Positions 1 through 14,019 of a DNA stretch of 64,000 nt are shown one piece after another. Under the pieces are notes generated by a model. It did not search any database. It was not told where the DNA came from and saw only the letters and a program-made list of their open reading frames with translations. Every line of letters starts with the position of its first letter. Positions within the stretch are counted from its first letter, which is position 1. The position numbers and the translations under genes are program-made. The stretch is from Octopus vulgaris (taxonomy: Eukaryota), in assembly GCA_951406725.2 (NCBI GenBank), contig OX597829.1:53320001-53384000 (forward strand), in the 5' to 3' direction.

Positions 1-1883
1 TAGAGCTGCTAGAAATAGCAGCCAAATCTCACTCAGATCACATCCTACGATCTTATATAAAGATACATTGGATAATGTAGTCCTACACAGTCTGAAAAAA
101 GACTCGATTGTCATGTTTCGAATGCCTTTAATTAGGAATCTGCTTGAATAAGGTTGATCTAGGGATAAGCAGCATTAAAATAGCCTTCTGGATATTTATA
201 TGTCAAACTACAACTATGGCATATCCTGTGCTACAAGTATGACGTTCTTTGTTACAAATGATCGCAAATGAACAATGCTTTAAATATATACACAGATAAA
301 GACAGTTTATTTTTTTAAAACAAATATACAGAAAATCGCTGCATAAACAATGCTGATTTATAATAAAAAAAAAAGAAGGTGTACCTACTTGTACTTTCTC
401 CAGACATCTTGAAATGTGTAAACAGATGGGAAGATTGTCTTGGAAGAACAGTTACCTCCCTTGATAGCAGACACTCCTGCAACCTGACGAACTTTGCTCT
501 TTAATTTGATGCTAAGGTCAAAGTTCACGATCACTTGAGTCCCGGACTCGATTTCGGTTCTCTGTTGAAATGATTTTTATTGATATCCAAAATGATATTA
601 AAATAATTTTCTTTTTTTTAAATCATGAACTTAATAATCACATTTTTCAGACATCATACACTACTACTATGTTAGAAATCACTGTTTTTGCTACATTCAT
701 AATTTTATCAAGTCCAAATTTGGCATTGGGTTTCCAGCCACTTCCGGTGAATTTCAAGGAGTTTGGAAGCATCGCAGAGTCTACGTGACGGGTGGAAAAT
801 ACAGGGGTACCAAAAGCCCTTCAACGACAGCAGTCGTTATTTCCAGATGTCAACTTTCGTAATTAGTGTTACAATTTTAATGATACAATACTCGAAATGC
901 AAACAAAACTGTAATTTGTTTGACTGGGGAAAATTTTTAGCTGGAGCTCCGAAGAGCTTTTGGTAAAATACTTTCAGTGATTTCGGAATTCTACAAATGT
1001 TTGTTCCGAGGTGACTATAGGCATAACTACAAATATTTCTCCCCACTGAATTTGTTGCTTCGTAATTTCCAGAAAAATGGATACTTTTTAACGAAACTTT
1101 AAACAAATAATCGCTCAGATCCTGTAGATTGAATGTATCTAAAGATTTGTTGGAAATTTTTTTTCCCGAGGGGTTGGGATGAGGAGTTTCGGAAAATTCA
1201 CACCACCCGACATTTTTTCCCTCGTAACTTTCGGGAAAATGGGTATATTTTTATGAAATTTTATCCAAATACCTTTCAAACGGTTTAGATTACGATTACA
1301 AAGAAATTTGTTAGCAAAATTATTTAGAAAGGGGCGGAGGAGGAGTTTCTGATAAACAGTTTCGGATCAGGCGGCCCACATAAGTTAGAATTTCTCCATT
1401 TTGACCAGGATTTTTTCAATTATTTTTTTATTGGCAGTTTTCGGATGATGGATAATGTAGTCCTACACAGTCTGAAATTAAAATTATTTTAATATCATTT
1501 TCGCGAAAAATAGAAAAAAATTTTGAAAAAAAATTTTTTTTCACTCTCACCAACCCATATTTGGGCCAATTTTTTTTCCACTGTGCACTTAAAACCCATA
1601 AGGGAAACATTTTCGATTTTTAAAAAATTGCTAATAATTTCAGAAGAAAATGTGTAATTTAAGGGACATCTGGCTGTTATTTCTAGCACATCCCAAGACC
1701 TCCCTCCTACTTTCTTTCTCACTCACATCTATTGACGTTTTTCAATATTTTTCTTCCCATAAACACATTTTATGGAATGATGATGCGAAAGTAACACACG
1801 TGTAGAGCATTGCTGGGATATAAGCAAAGTGAAAAAAAGAATGGTAATTTAAATTTTTACTCGCACCCCAACCAAGCGAGGCC

Positions 1884-1914
<31 letters not shown>

Positions 1915-2025
1915 TGTAAGAAAACATTTTCTAACAGAAAATTATGCTATCAAAATAAATCATCATGGCTCTTTTACATACCTGTTATTAAAATCATTCT
2001 GGATATGTATGTATGCATACATACA

Positions 2026-2478
2026 ATCATCATCATCATCATTATCGTTTAACGCCCGCTTTCCATGCTAGCATGGGTTGGACGATTTGACTGAGGTCTG
2101 GCGAACCAGATGGCTGCACCAGGCAGAGTTTCTACAGCTGGATGCCCTTCCTAACGCCAACCACTCCGAGAGTGTAGTGGGTGCTTTTACGTGCCATTGG
2201 CACGAGGGCCAGTCAGGCAGTAATGGTAACAGCCACGCTCAAATGGTGTTTTTATGTGCCACCTGCACAGGAGCCAGTCCAGCGGTACTGGTAACGACCT
2301 CGCTCAAATGTTTTTTCAAGTGCCAGTAAGGCAATGCTGGTAACGATCACGCTCGAATGGTGCTTTTAACTTGCCATTGGCACGGAGACCAGTTTGTTGG
2401 TCTGGCCCCGATCTCACTCGTATGGTACTCTTAGTGCTCCACTAGCACGGATGCCAGTCATCGAATTTGATTTCGATT
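2026..2478 (-). mobile_element. RTE 3'-UTR fragment
   Basis: (CAT)n-cgtttaacg..ccgctttccatgctagcatgggttgg and gatgcccttcctaacgccaaccactcc, as at 44429. Confidence 0.85.
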
Positions 2479-3324
2479 ATCATCGTCATCGTTTTACGTC
2501 CATGTTCCATACCGGGTGGGTTGGATGGGTCCAAGGACTGCTTCATGCTCCAGACTCTGCTTTAATAAGCACTTTTTTTTTTTTTGCTTTTTCTTTGTAC
2601 CACCTGCACAAATGAGGTCAAGCAGCTCACAAAACTATGAACCTGAAGGGGAGGGACTTATGCTAGGATATGATGTCCGAAAGTATGAGAAAAGGCAGCT
2701 GAGATGATTTCTTGTTATATAGGCCCTACATGGCCACTCACATTTAGGAAAGGTGATAATAATCAGGTGAAGCTATAAAGAGGTAATGACATGTCCAGGT
2801 GACTCCTCAGGTACAAGGTACATAGAAGTGAATGAGCACATAGGATATGTGGGTGGGTGGGCTTTGCAAGAGCAAATGGGAGGATCAAGAGATGGAATTG
2901 GAGAGTGGAAAGGAGATAGGCAACAATCGTAAAGATTGGGTGGGTTTGAAGGGTGGATGTAGGGAATTGTGGATAAGAAGATGAGAATGACTATTGTTCT
3001 GAAAGTTACAGGAATACAAAAGAGAACAAGGTGTGAGTGGAGGGAGCAAGGGGACAGTAATCAGTTTGTAGGAGGAGGAGGACAAGTGAGAGATGATTTG
3101 TGCAAGAGAGGGAGGCAGGAGCCGTGCATAAGGAGAAATAATTCTGTGGTTCAGTGGAAACAGGGATTATTGTAATGTGTGGGTGGAGAAAACAGCATTA
3201 ATGGATGAAGAATGGTTTGTAAATGAAATGGATCCAGGTAGCAAGAAAAATATAATGGTATTAAGAGATATGAGGAGGAAATTGGGAGAGATGCCTATTT
3301 GTGCATATCTGTACACACATAGTG

Positions 3325-4420
3325 CTTCCAGAATCTGTTTCGCAGGCATAGGTGGTTCTTCTTGGGAACTACATATTGCCAATTATCCCACTTCTTTGTC
3401 ATTGCCATGACACTTGGGGTCCTAAGATCAGCCTTCACCAATTCATCCCATATCTTCCTAGGTCTCCCTCTTTTGCAATTTTCATCCACGTTATGTCATC
3501 AGCACTTCTTTATACAGCTGTCCTCATCCATACATATCACATGTCCATACCATACTTCTTTCTTGAACTCAACATCCAATCCCTCATTAACAGCTTTTCA
3601 CTCACCACCTTCATACTAATTCTTTCATGCACACTTACATTGCACATCCAGTGGAGTATGCTAACTTCATTTCTTTCTAGTCTATGCATTTAGGGCTTAT
3701 GTTTCACTATCATGTACCCTTGCAGTTCTAACACAATCTGCCTTTCATTCTGAAGGAAAAAACCCTTGTTGCCAACTATGGTAGTAACTCATTGACCTTT
3801 CTCCAATCCATTCTTACTCTGGCTGCTCTACTTTCAAAGCAACCACTTACCTTGCTAATTATGTTTCCTAAGTAACAAAAGATATCAACTACTTCTAATA
3901 AACCATCAAGACATATAAGAGTTTATTTTGAGTGTGTTCATAGTACATACTACTCCAGTGCATCTACTATATATGAAGCTTATGTTATCTGCTCACCTGC
4001 ATATGGTGTATCCATACCTTACTTTGGTACAGTATATGGAGTTTATACCTACTCTTTCTGCATATCGACCGTAGTCATTTCCTTGAAGATACCAGAGTCC
4101 TGTCTTCTTTCTTACTTACCTTTGTCATTTGCTAAGTTTACCTTAAGATCTCTCGATTTTAAGGTTAGCTTCTATGCCTGAAATTTCTTCTCTAATTCTC
4201 CTAAAGATTCAGCTATGCGCACGAGATCATCAGGATATAAGAGTTCACATGGATAGCCAATCTTGAACTTCTCAGTGATGGCCTGTAAGATAATGATAAA
4301 TAGAAGGAGACAGAGGACTCCAATCCTCAGACTAAATTCTTCATTGACGTCATTGTTAACTCTCACTTTACTTATTGCATCTTTGTTCATGGCTTATACA
4401 GCTCTCACAAGCCATTTGTC
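3325..4420 (-). mobile_element. Older RTE LINE RT/3' fragment
   Basis: ILQAITEKFKIGYPCELLYPDD and RGRPRKIWDELVKADL resemble the RTE ORF. Confidence 0.85.
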
Positions 4421-4526
4421 AATGTCTAGTTATGTTAATGAGACCAAGATTACTATATGTAATAATACACTCACATATATATATATATATATATATATCT
4501 TTCGAAATATAATAAATAGATGTGTT

Positions 4527-4800
4527 ACCAGTGCCGGTGGCATATTTCCTTTCGCGACCGTTGCCAGCACCGCCCCGTTTCGTGTCCGTTGCCAGCCTAT
4601 GGCCCTCGTGCCGGTGGCACATAAAAGCACCATAGCTCTGTCTGGCACCAGTGCGGTGGCACGTAAAAAGCACCCACTACACTCACGGAGTGGTTGGCGT
4701 TAGGAAGGGCATCCAGTCCAGATTTGTGGGCCTGATGAAGCCTTCTGGCTGCTAGCATGGAAAACGGACGCTAAATGATGATGATGATGATGATGATGAT
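4527..4800 (+). mobile_element. RTE 3'-UTR fragment, opposite orientation
   Basis: ggagtggttggcgttaggaagggcatcc ... (GAT)n tail. Confidence 0.85.
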
Positions 4801-5173
4801 ATATATATATATATATACATACGGCAAAATGTCTGTCTGTGTGTGTGTCCTTTATACAAATCCACAATTTTTCAGTTAGAGGGCTCGCACTTTCTATGGT
4901 CATTCAAAACCGTCCAAGGGTTGTCGTGCACATCTTTACATTTCCCCAGTCACCCTGCAAAGCCATTAAAAAATCAATAGAAGTGACTTTTTTGTGAATT
5001 TTCTATCCAAAACCCAATCAAAATGCCCGAAACTTGATACACCAATTGAATGCCAGCTAGCTGTATGTGATTGGTTGGAGATTTGGACAGTACTCGTGTG
5101 TTTGGGCGCATGCACACAGCTGTATATGCATGCACCAGCACTATGACCCAGTAATGCCAGGTCATAGTGCTAG
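4801..5173 (+). mobile_element. Non-autonomous Helitron-like element
   Basis: Subterminal hairpin atgacc...ggtcat (5143-5165), then CTAG|T terminus; no TSD. Confidence 0.65.
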
Positions 5174-5379
5174 TATATATATATACACACACACACACAT
5201 ACATTTAAACTTATATATATTTATATATATATATATAAATATGTATATGGGTGCAAACATGGCTGTGTGGTAAGAAGTTTGCTTCCCAACCACATAACAT
5301 AGTGGAGGAATAATGTTAGAGAATGAAGGATACTTTTTATTCAAATTACAGAGGTCATGAAAACTCTTATTATCTAGAT

Positions 5380-5598
5380 TAGTGGTTTTCAACCAGGGTT
5401 CCGCGGAACCTTACAGTTCCGCCAGTACAGTGTAGGGGTTCCGCAAGAAGTTACAAAACTGCTAAAATCGGCAGTAATTTTTAAGTTTCCTGTGCAGATA
5501 TGTGTGCATAAGACTATTAAATTATTGCACAGGGGTTCCTCGAGCCAGTGGAATGTTTCCTTGGGGTTCCGCTCCAGCAAAAAGTTTGAAAAGCACTG
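5380..5598. mobile_element. hAT (Charlie-like) MITE
   Basis: 8-bp TSD ATCTAGAT at 5372-5379 and 5599-5606; imperfect TIRs tagtggttttcaa / ttgaaaagcactg. Confidence 0.85.
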
Positions 5599-6202
5599 AT
5601 CTAGATATAAATACTGATAGATTTAGAGATGTTGTTACGAATGGGGTGGTGTTGAGTTGAAGTTGTTGAAAATTAGATGTAACTGCAGGTTGACCTGATT
5701 ATTCAGGTTTTAAAATTTAAGCTAATAGAAGGGTTAGGGTTCAAATTTTAACTGAAGCTGAAGTTTCTAAAAGGTAAAGTAAGATAGAGAGAATTAGAGT
5801 AAATTTGCAGAGTAATGTGTTATACCAAAACAACTATGATGAAGGCGACAGCATCACCATCAAAATAGCAATATGATAATCTGCCAAAATAATATCAGGA
5901 ATAACAATATCAATAATCATGGGCTAATAATAAAACAGCGATACTGGAATGAAAGTAAAAGATTTAAGTTAATATAAAATCTCAAAAGAATAAAACAGGA
6001 TAAATAAAATTAAAATTAAGTTTAAAAAATTTTTTTTTTTATTTAAAAAAATGTTTTAAAATAATTTTAAACCCATGAAATATATATATATACATACATA
6101 TATCCATGCACATATATTTGCATGTATACATACATGCACACATCATCATCATTATCACACACATACGCTTACATACACACATACATATCCTTATATATAT
6201 TC

Positions 6203-6575
6203 TTTTATTCTTTTGCTTTTTTTCAGTCATTTGACTGCGGCCATGCTGGAGCACTGCTTTTAGTCAAACAAATCTACCTCAGGACTTATTCTTTGTAAGC
6301 CTAGTACTTATTCTATTTGGTCTCTTATTGCCAAACTACGAAGTTACAGGAACATAAACAAACCAACGTCAGTTGTCAAGCGATAGTGTGGGGGACAAAC
6401 ACAGGACACACAAATATATACATACGTGTATATATGCCAGGCTTCTTTCAGTTTCCATCTACCAAATTTACTCACAAAGCTTTGTCGGCCCGAGGCTATA
6501 GCCCAAGGTGTCACGCAGTGGGACTGAACCAGCAACCATGAGGTTGGGAAGCAAGCTTCTTACCAGACAACCTGT
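6203..6575 (-). mobile_element. SINE, same family as 35263
   Basis: Reverse-complement similarity over most of its length. Confidence 0.85.
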
Positions 6576-6752
6576 ATATATATAGAGGTGAGTTCAATTA
6601 GAGGTTATGAAACCCATCTAAGGGATACTTGTATCCAATGAATTAACTGGTGTCTTACCTGTATGTGATTATGAGTATTAGTATTAATCTTCATAAATGA
6701 TAGGTAAGGAAAGGAATAAACTGAAGTTTATCAATATTTAAAGAAAAATAAT

Positions 6753-7351
6753 AAAATGGAGAATTGATAAGCATCAATTATTATTTATTGATTAAAAAAA
6801 GACAAAATCTCATCTGACAGCTGTTTCTGTTGGCGCTATTCTCAGACTTAACTACCACAATAATTATTATTATTATTGTAAGTAATTAATTATACCAATT
6901 TAACTAGTGGAACTTCATAAGAGCAGAAAAGTAAAGAAAGAGAAAGTAAGAATATATCAATTCATGTTACATGCTGTTCTGCTGGGAACCTTTCGACTGA
7001 CTAAAATTTAGAAATAGGATTGGAATGCTTATAATACTATTTCAATTCTATTACTAGATATTAGTCAGTCAAAAGGTTCCCAGAAGGAGAGCATGTAACA
7101 TGAATTGATATATCCTTACTTTCTTGCTTTCCCTTTCTTTTTCTTATCTTTTTCTTTACTTTTCTGCTCTGATGAAATTCCACTATTTAAATTGCCATAA
7201 TTAATTACTCACAATGATAATTACTATTTTTATTGTAGTCGTTAAGCCTGAGAATAGCGCCAACAGAAACAGCTGTCAGATGAGAATTTGTCTTTTTATA
7301 ATCAATAAATGATAATTGATGTGTATCAATCATCAATTTTATCTCCATTTT
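6753..7351. repeat. ~600-bp imperfect palindrome centred near 7032
   Basis: For example ctcatctgacagctgtttctgttggcgctattctcag (6809) is the exact reverse complement of ctgagaatagcgccaacagaaacagctgtcagatgag (7248). Confidence 0.93.
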
Positions 7352-8979
7352 CTGTTTTCCTTTTATATATATATACATATAATCATACATGTGCTTTCAA
7401 GCTGACATGGGTTGGATGGTTTGACAGAATCTGGTAAGCCATAGGGGTACAGCATAGTCTACTGCTTTGGCTTGGTCTCTCTACAACTGGACTCCCTTCT
7501 ACAGCTTGATGTTCTTGCCAACTACTTTACAGAGTGTACCAAGTTCTTTTTCATAGCACCAGCACTAGTGAGTTCACCAAGTAACTTGCAAGGCGAGACC
7601 TCTCAACTGAGTGGAGTATAGTACAGAGGGAGGTGAAAGTATGATAAAAGAACTGGTATCTTGCTGAAGAGGAGATACATGGAAAGAGATGGTGAGTGTT
7701 ACCCTTGAGGTAAAAGGTGAATATAAAAGAGACAATAGGGACAAAAGAAATGGAAAGTGTAGGTAAGTTCGTGAGAGCATGTAAAATGTGTGACAGATGG
7801 TTAGAGATGAGGACTGATGTGGACACAGTAGAGGATCATGAAACAATTTATGTATTTATTAATACACACACACATCCACTACACAATGTTTACATTCCAT
7901 GTTGAAATTATGACTGGTCACTTTGCACTTTGAAAACTAGTGGAATCAAAGAGTCACTTACTTGTAAAACAAGTAAGGGTTAGCATGAGGGAGGGCATTG
8001 GACCTTAAAATGCTTCTTCAAATGAATACCATCCAATCATTCTAATATGGGAAAATGGATGTTAAACAAACTAGAGTGCCAACAGTTCTTGCTCAAAAGT
8101 ACTGAAGTTTCTTTCAGGTGTTAAGATGCTTGAGAAGAATGAAAACTAATACCATTATTACATTACTGGAGAAAACCACTAATACTGTGATCTTTTACTT
8201 CAATCAATAGACAGAAAGCTGTACAGGGGCTGAGATGAGCCAGCATAGAAGTTTTAGCTAAGACATTAGTTTCAAGAGAGTAAGTTATGTATCATCAGGG
8301 TAATAGTTCTTTTGTGCTTTATTCTAGAGCAATGGTTCCCATGAACCTCTTTGACTCCTGTTGTACTCCTTTTGATTCCTTATAGCCACTTGATGTTTAA
8401 AAAAATCCTACCACATTTTTGTAATTAAATATTATGAGGTATTGTATAAAAAAAATTATTAAAATATTTCAAATATTGTGGTAGTATAAGCGATTTATTG
8501 CACATAAATTTTTAATAGTAAAATCTTATATGGACCCTGATTGAGAACCGGTGTTCTGAAGGATTTCTGTGAGGAGGTTGAAGAAAGTTTGCACATTGAG
8601 AACTAAAACAACAATAAAAATTGCTCAGGGTGAGAAGCTCCTTTAATTCCTTCAATGAATTAGGAACAGGAAAATCTTGGAGATAGATTTAACATTTAGT
8701 TGAGTGGGTGAATTCCATGTTCGTTAATGAAATGTCCCAGGAAGTATAAAGAAGTGACTCTTGAACATATTACAGTTATATAGTTAGTGGTGACACCATA
8801 TCGAAAAAGACAATTGGGAAAGAGGGGGGGCGGGGAATTTTTATATTCCTCTGAATGTGCTCGTAACAATAGATTATCAATTTGGGGACAAATGAAAATA
8901 TTGATGAAGTGGTAGAATGTTGATGCAGTATTTTTCAAATAGAACAACATTCAAAGAAACTCAGACTTCAGTTCTATGA

Positions 8980-9315
8980 ATCATCATCATTGTTTAGCAT
9001 CCGCTTTCCCTGCTAGCATGGGTTGGATGGTTCGACCGGGGATCTGGGAAGCCAGAAGGCTGCACCAGGCTCCAGTCTTATCTGGCAATGTTTCTACAGC
9101 TGGATGCCCTTCCTAACGCCAACCACTCCATGAGTGTAGTGGGTGCTTTTTACATGCCACCTGCACAGGTGCCAGGCGAAGCTGGCATCGGCCACGGTCG
9201 GATTGGTGCATTTTACGTGCCACCGGCACGGAAGCCAGTCAAGGCGGCACTGGCTTCAGCCACAATTCGGATGGTGCTTTTTACGTGCCACCGGCACAGA
9301 AGCCAGTCGAGGCGA
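8980..9315 (-). mobile_element. RTE 3'-UTR fragment
   Basis: Same conserved tail and ~60-bp repeat units. Confidence 0.85.
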
Positions 9316-10134
9316 AAGAGGAAGAGAAATCCTATAAATGGAACTGGATTGGATTGCCTATAATAGCATCAAATTATTCTCTCAACCAACCACAGTCTGA
9401 TGTGGATGCTGGGAATTTGAGTTTGAGATCAAACTGAGATATACAGTGCTTATTAAATTTAGTGCAGGGGTTAAGTATCTGATAGTAACCACAAGGTTGT
9501 CAGTCACCTGTAGTTTTTTTAGGGCCCCTATGAAAGGGGTGATGACCAATTTTTCTCAGATGAGCAAACAATAATAATTTCCAGTATATGATCAAATTCT
9601 GCTTTAGCAATCTTAAATCAATCAAAAGCAAAATGCCATGGTTCAGTAAAGACTAATGATCCATCAGTGATGTGGTTGATAACAGAGTGACTTGCAGCTT
9701 GGTTGTTGTTTTTTAACACAAGGTAGGTAATGCTAGTGTACTTGTAAATTGTATTGGCTTGAAGAAGTGTTCAAGAAGATGGGATTGACAGAACAAGCCT
9801 TCATAGCAACACCACACACAAGACTGGTGGCAGACTCAACCAGGCAGTTGCATCTAATATCAACTAAAAGGTTGAAATGATGCAAAAAAAAATTTTGAAT
9901 ACTCTTTTGCTGACAGATAATGCATAAGCAGTTTCTCATTGAAAGTATGAATTGGGAAATGGTTTATATATCTAGTAAAAGAATAGATGTGAGTTTCTTG
10001 TTACCTGGCACTAGAGGAAATGGTTGGATGTTTACCTTTGCTGTAGTGTCCACAGGAAAACAAGTACTGATAAATTGCTTGATGACAAAAGGAGGTTAAT
10101 TCAGTTTGGAAATGCCACTTAAATCACCACCTTA

Positions 10135-11033
10135 ACGTTCCACCGGCACCAGTGCCAATAAGATAGTACTGTCATCAGCCACTTCAGCGATTTTGGTTTT
10201 TTACACTTGCTGCAATAGGTCTTCGCAAGCAAAGTTCATTGTCCAAGGAATGTGGGGTCCTCGTAAGTAGGCCTGTTACACTCCATGTTCGGATGTGCTT
10301 TTAACATTCCACCGGCAAGAGTGCCAATCAGGCAGTACTATCATCGACCACTTCAGCAATTTTGATTTTGATTTCACTTGCCTCAATAGGTTTTCACAAG
10401 CAAAGTTTATTGTCCAATGAATAAGGGGTATTCATAAATGGGCTGGTTACACCCACTGGCATAGGTCATGCATTATGGTCTCACTTGGCTTGTCAAGTCT
10501 TCTGAAGCATAGCATATCTCCAAAGGTCCCGGTCACTAGTCATTGCCTCTGTAAGGCCCAATATTCGAAGGTTGTGCTTTACCACCTCATCCCAGGTTTT
10601 CCTGGGTCTACCTTTTCCACAGGTTCCCTCAACTGCTAGGGTGTGACACTTTTTCATATATCATCATCATCATCATCGTTTAGCGTCCGCTTTCCATGCT
10701 AGCATGGGTTGGACGGGTCAACTGGGGTCTGTGAAGCTGGAAGGCTTCGTCAGGCCCAGTCAGATCTGGCAGTGTTTCTACGGCTGGATGCCCTTCCTAA
10801 CGCCAACCACTCCGCGAGTGTAGTGGGTGTTTTTTACGTGCCACCTGCACAGGTGCCAGACAGAGCTGGCGAACGGCCACGAACGGATGGTGCTTTTACG
10901 TGTCACCGGCACGGGGCCAGGCGATGCTGGCAACGGACACGAACGGATGGTGCTTTTACGTGCCACCGACATGGGGCCAGACAGAGCTGGCAACCGGCCA
11001 CGAATGGATGGTGCTTTTACGTGTCACCGGCAC
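10135..11033 (-). mobile_element. Two adjacent RTE 3' fragments (older 10135-10655; younger 10661-11033)
   Basis: RT C-terminal remnant at 10490-10655; the second piece is almost identical to 44429-44760. Confidence 0.85.
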
Positions 11034-11106
11034 ATGCCATTTTGGAGCCTTCTTTTCAATGGCATTATGGCACACTGGTACTCCCTTACTGAGATGGAGC
11101 CCTGCT

Positions 11107-11110
<4 letters not shown>

Positions 11111-11142
<32 letters not shown>

Positions 11143-11350
11143 CTGTGTGTTTGTCACCTCCTCCATTGCTTGACAACTGATGTTGGTGTGTGTATGTCCC
11201 TGAAATTTAGCAGTTCGGCAAAAGAGACTGATAGTATAAATACTAGGCTTACAAAGAATAAGTCCTGGGGTCGATTTGTTCGACAAAAGGTGGTGCTCCA
11301 GCATGGCCGCACTCAAATGACTGAAACAAGTAAAAGAATAAAAGAGTTAA
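11111..11350 (+). mobile_element. SINE 3' half, same family as 35263
   Basis: ttgacaactgatgttggtgtg...gactgaaacaagtaaaaga. Confidence 0.8.
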
Positions 11351-13633
11351 AATAAGCATGATGCAATGTAAGATCATTGAAAAAATTGCCTATATTTGTA
11401 AATTGAGGTTCCATATTCTTGGCTGGACTTTCTGTTATAATTTTCCTAGATTATTTGAAGACAATTTGCAGATACAAAAGCTACCAGTTGAAAGCTCTGC
11501 ATATTGGACACTTGCAGGTTTATGGGGTCATCAAGAGTGAATGCATGCCATTTTGGGGCCTTCTTTTCAATGGCATTATTGCACTCTGGTACTCCCTCAC
11601 TGAGATGAGGCCCTGCTTGCTAGCTCAACTAGATTTCACTCAATATTCTGCTAGCCATTGCTCATTATCTCTTTTTAATCAAATCCAGTGACTTGTCTTG
11701 TACACTGTGGCCTGGGTATCACTTATAACGGTATTTGCTTTACGATGAGTTAGGCCTAGCAACAACAACCATCACCTCACGCTCTTTCCAATGAATTTTC
11801 AATGTCTGACTTCATTATTTTACATTAATATATTCAGACAAATGTCCTCATTTTGGTTGCAATAGTTACAACATTTTCACAGTTGAACCATCTACCCTTT
11901 TTCATGTTGTATCTGATAATATTCTCACAATTTCAAACTGAAACCTTTGCTAAATCCTTGGAAGCAAATTATTCTCATTCTGTTGTCCATAGAATGGAAT
12001 ATTCTCCCATTTGTGAAGCTGCTTGCTCATTCCATTTGAACCAGAGTGTACATAGATTTGCTGATCCAAGGATTGAACTCGTATATACCAAGGAAACTGC
12101 AACACTTAATACTTGATGCTTAATCAATTCATTACCTCATTGTCCCATAGGATAATTAGGTAATAGGGAAAAAAAACTTGATTCTAAGCTCCCAGTTTCC
12201 CCAAATAGAATTTTCACATACCCTCAAAAGAGGACGTAGAGGTACCCTTTGTCAGTACGTAGCATACTAATATGCTCTGTAACTTGAATTTAAGGTCAAG
12301 GGTAAGGCTACAGCTTATGTACCACATGCCTGTCAGTTTCCACTTTGCTCTTTTTTTTTTTTTTTGTAGTGTGTGGGTGTTAATTCTTTAAGCAGGCTAA
12401 ATATCAACCCAAAGGATTACACAGTAGGATATGAGCAGAAGCTCACAGTTGGACACATTGTTACAGAGGTTCATGCTTGGCTTGTTGTTGCCTTTGCAGC
12501 ACAACATAGGCAGGTCTCAAAAGCAGGAAAGACCTATAACATGTGGTCATATGGAACATGCATGGGCAACTGCTTTCTCATGACTCCAAAGACCATATAG
12601 CTCTTCTGAAATTGTACCTGTATAGTAAAAGTGACGAAGAGATCAATCAGGCTAATGGTTCAGAGCAGAAGGCTCAGTTTCCATTCATGTGGCAGTGATT
12701 GTCACTTAATGGTCCTCGATCCAGAAGATGGGTTGCAGACAGCATTTATTATATATATATTATCATCATTATCGTTTAATGTCCACCTTCCATGCTAGCA
12801 TAATGTTGTAACAGTTTTGTATGTTGGTCAGAAACATCACCTGTTTGATTTGCAGTTCTCACCTGCAACAAAGCTGTGTGGTTTATTTCTTCATGAGGTT
12901 ACTAGGAATGTAATGGATGCTGTGTTATAGATCTATTGGTGTTTGACATAAATGTAGCAAGTCTTGCTGGCCATTCTCCATGACAACACCTTTGCAATCA
13001 TGTTTGTTTTGGGGTGTACAACCTACTCCACCCCCAGTCTTCTATTGCTAAATCCCATGCCCTTTTCTTTTCCTTTGTTTCCTTGGTGAGATAGTTATGG
13101 GTTTTTCTTTTATACTTTTAATGTGTTTTACATTCTTTTCTTCCTGTAAAAATACTTTGTTGATTAATAGTTGTTTGAAAAGAAAAAAATAATATAAAAC
13201 AACTGCTTCAAGTTATTGTATTAAGATTAGTAGAGGTTCTTTGTCATTTGTGGTTGGCTGCCATGGTCAGTAATATAGTACTGTTATATGGCCAAAGGAA
13301 GAAGGAGAGAGAAAAAGAGTAAGGGACGTTGTTGAGTAGAAAGGGTGGTGACAGCTGTGAGTAAAGAGAGGGAGACACATCTTCTCTCTCTGACAGTGAA
13401 GAAAAAAGGCAGGGAAGAAATAAGGCCAAATGCTGAGTAAAAGAGAGAGGTATGTTAACTGAGCTAAATGCTGTATAAAAGGGAGAAATATACCTCTACT
13501 AAAGGTGCCAAATAAAAGAGGAAGAATTCTATTTGGGTTTCTGTATTTATAATAATTTCCTAGTTAAAAAGTAGGTTAGTAGAACAAAAAATTTCTTGTT
13601 GGTTAGCTAGCCTGAACTGTTGGTGATCTGAAT

Positions 13634-14019
13634 TCTTTTCTCTCTTTTACTTGTTTCAGTCATTTGACTGTGGCCATGCTGGAGCACCACCTTTAGTTGA
13701 GCATATCGACCCCAGGACTTATTCTTTGTAAGCCTAGTACTTATTCTATCGAACTCTTTTGCCGAACCGCTAAGTCACAGGGACATAAACACACCAGCAT
13801 CAGTTGTCAAGCGATGTTGGAGGGACTAACAAAGGCACACAAACATAAATACATATACATATATACGACGGGTTTCTTTCAGTTTCCGTCTACCAAATCC
13901 ACTCACAGGGCTTTGGTCGGCCCGAGGCGATAGTAGAAGACACTTGCCCAAGTGGGACTGAACCCAGAACCATGTGGTTGGTAAGCAAGCTACTTACCAC
14001 ACAGCCACTCCTACACCTA
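13634..14019 (-). mobile_element. SINE, same family as 35263
   Basis: Reverse-complement similarity, near full length. Confidence 0.87.

Noticed and set aside
570-788. 72-aa ORF with a hydrophobic, signal-peptide-like stretch
   Set aside because: Short, no recognisable domain, and lies in probable repeat DNA.
1560-1585. RAG recombination signal (CACAGTG heptamer on the minus strand)
   Set aside because: No ACAAAAACC nonamer at 12 or 23 nt spacing and no partner end found.
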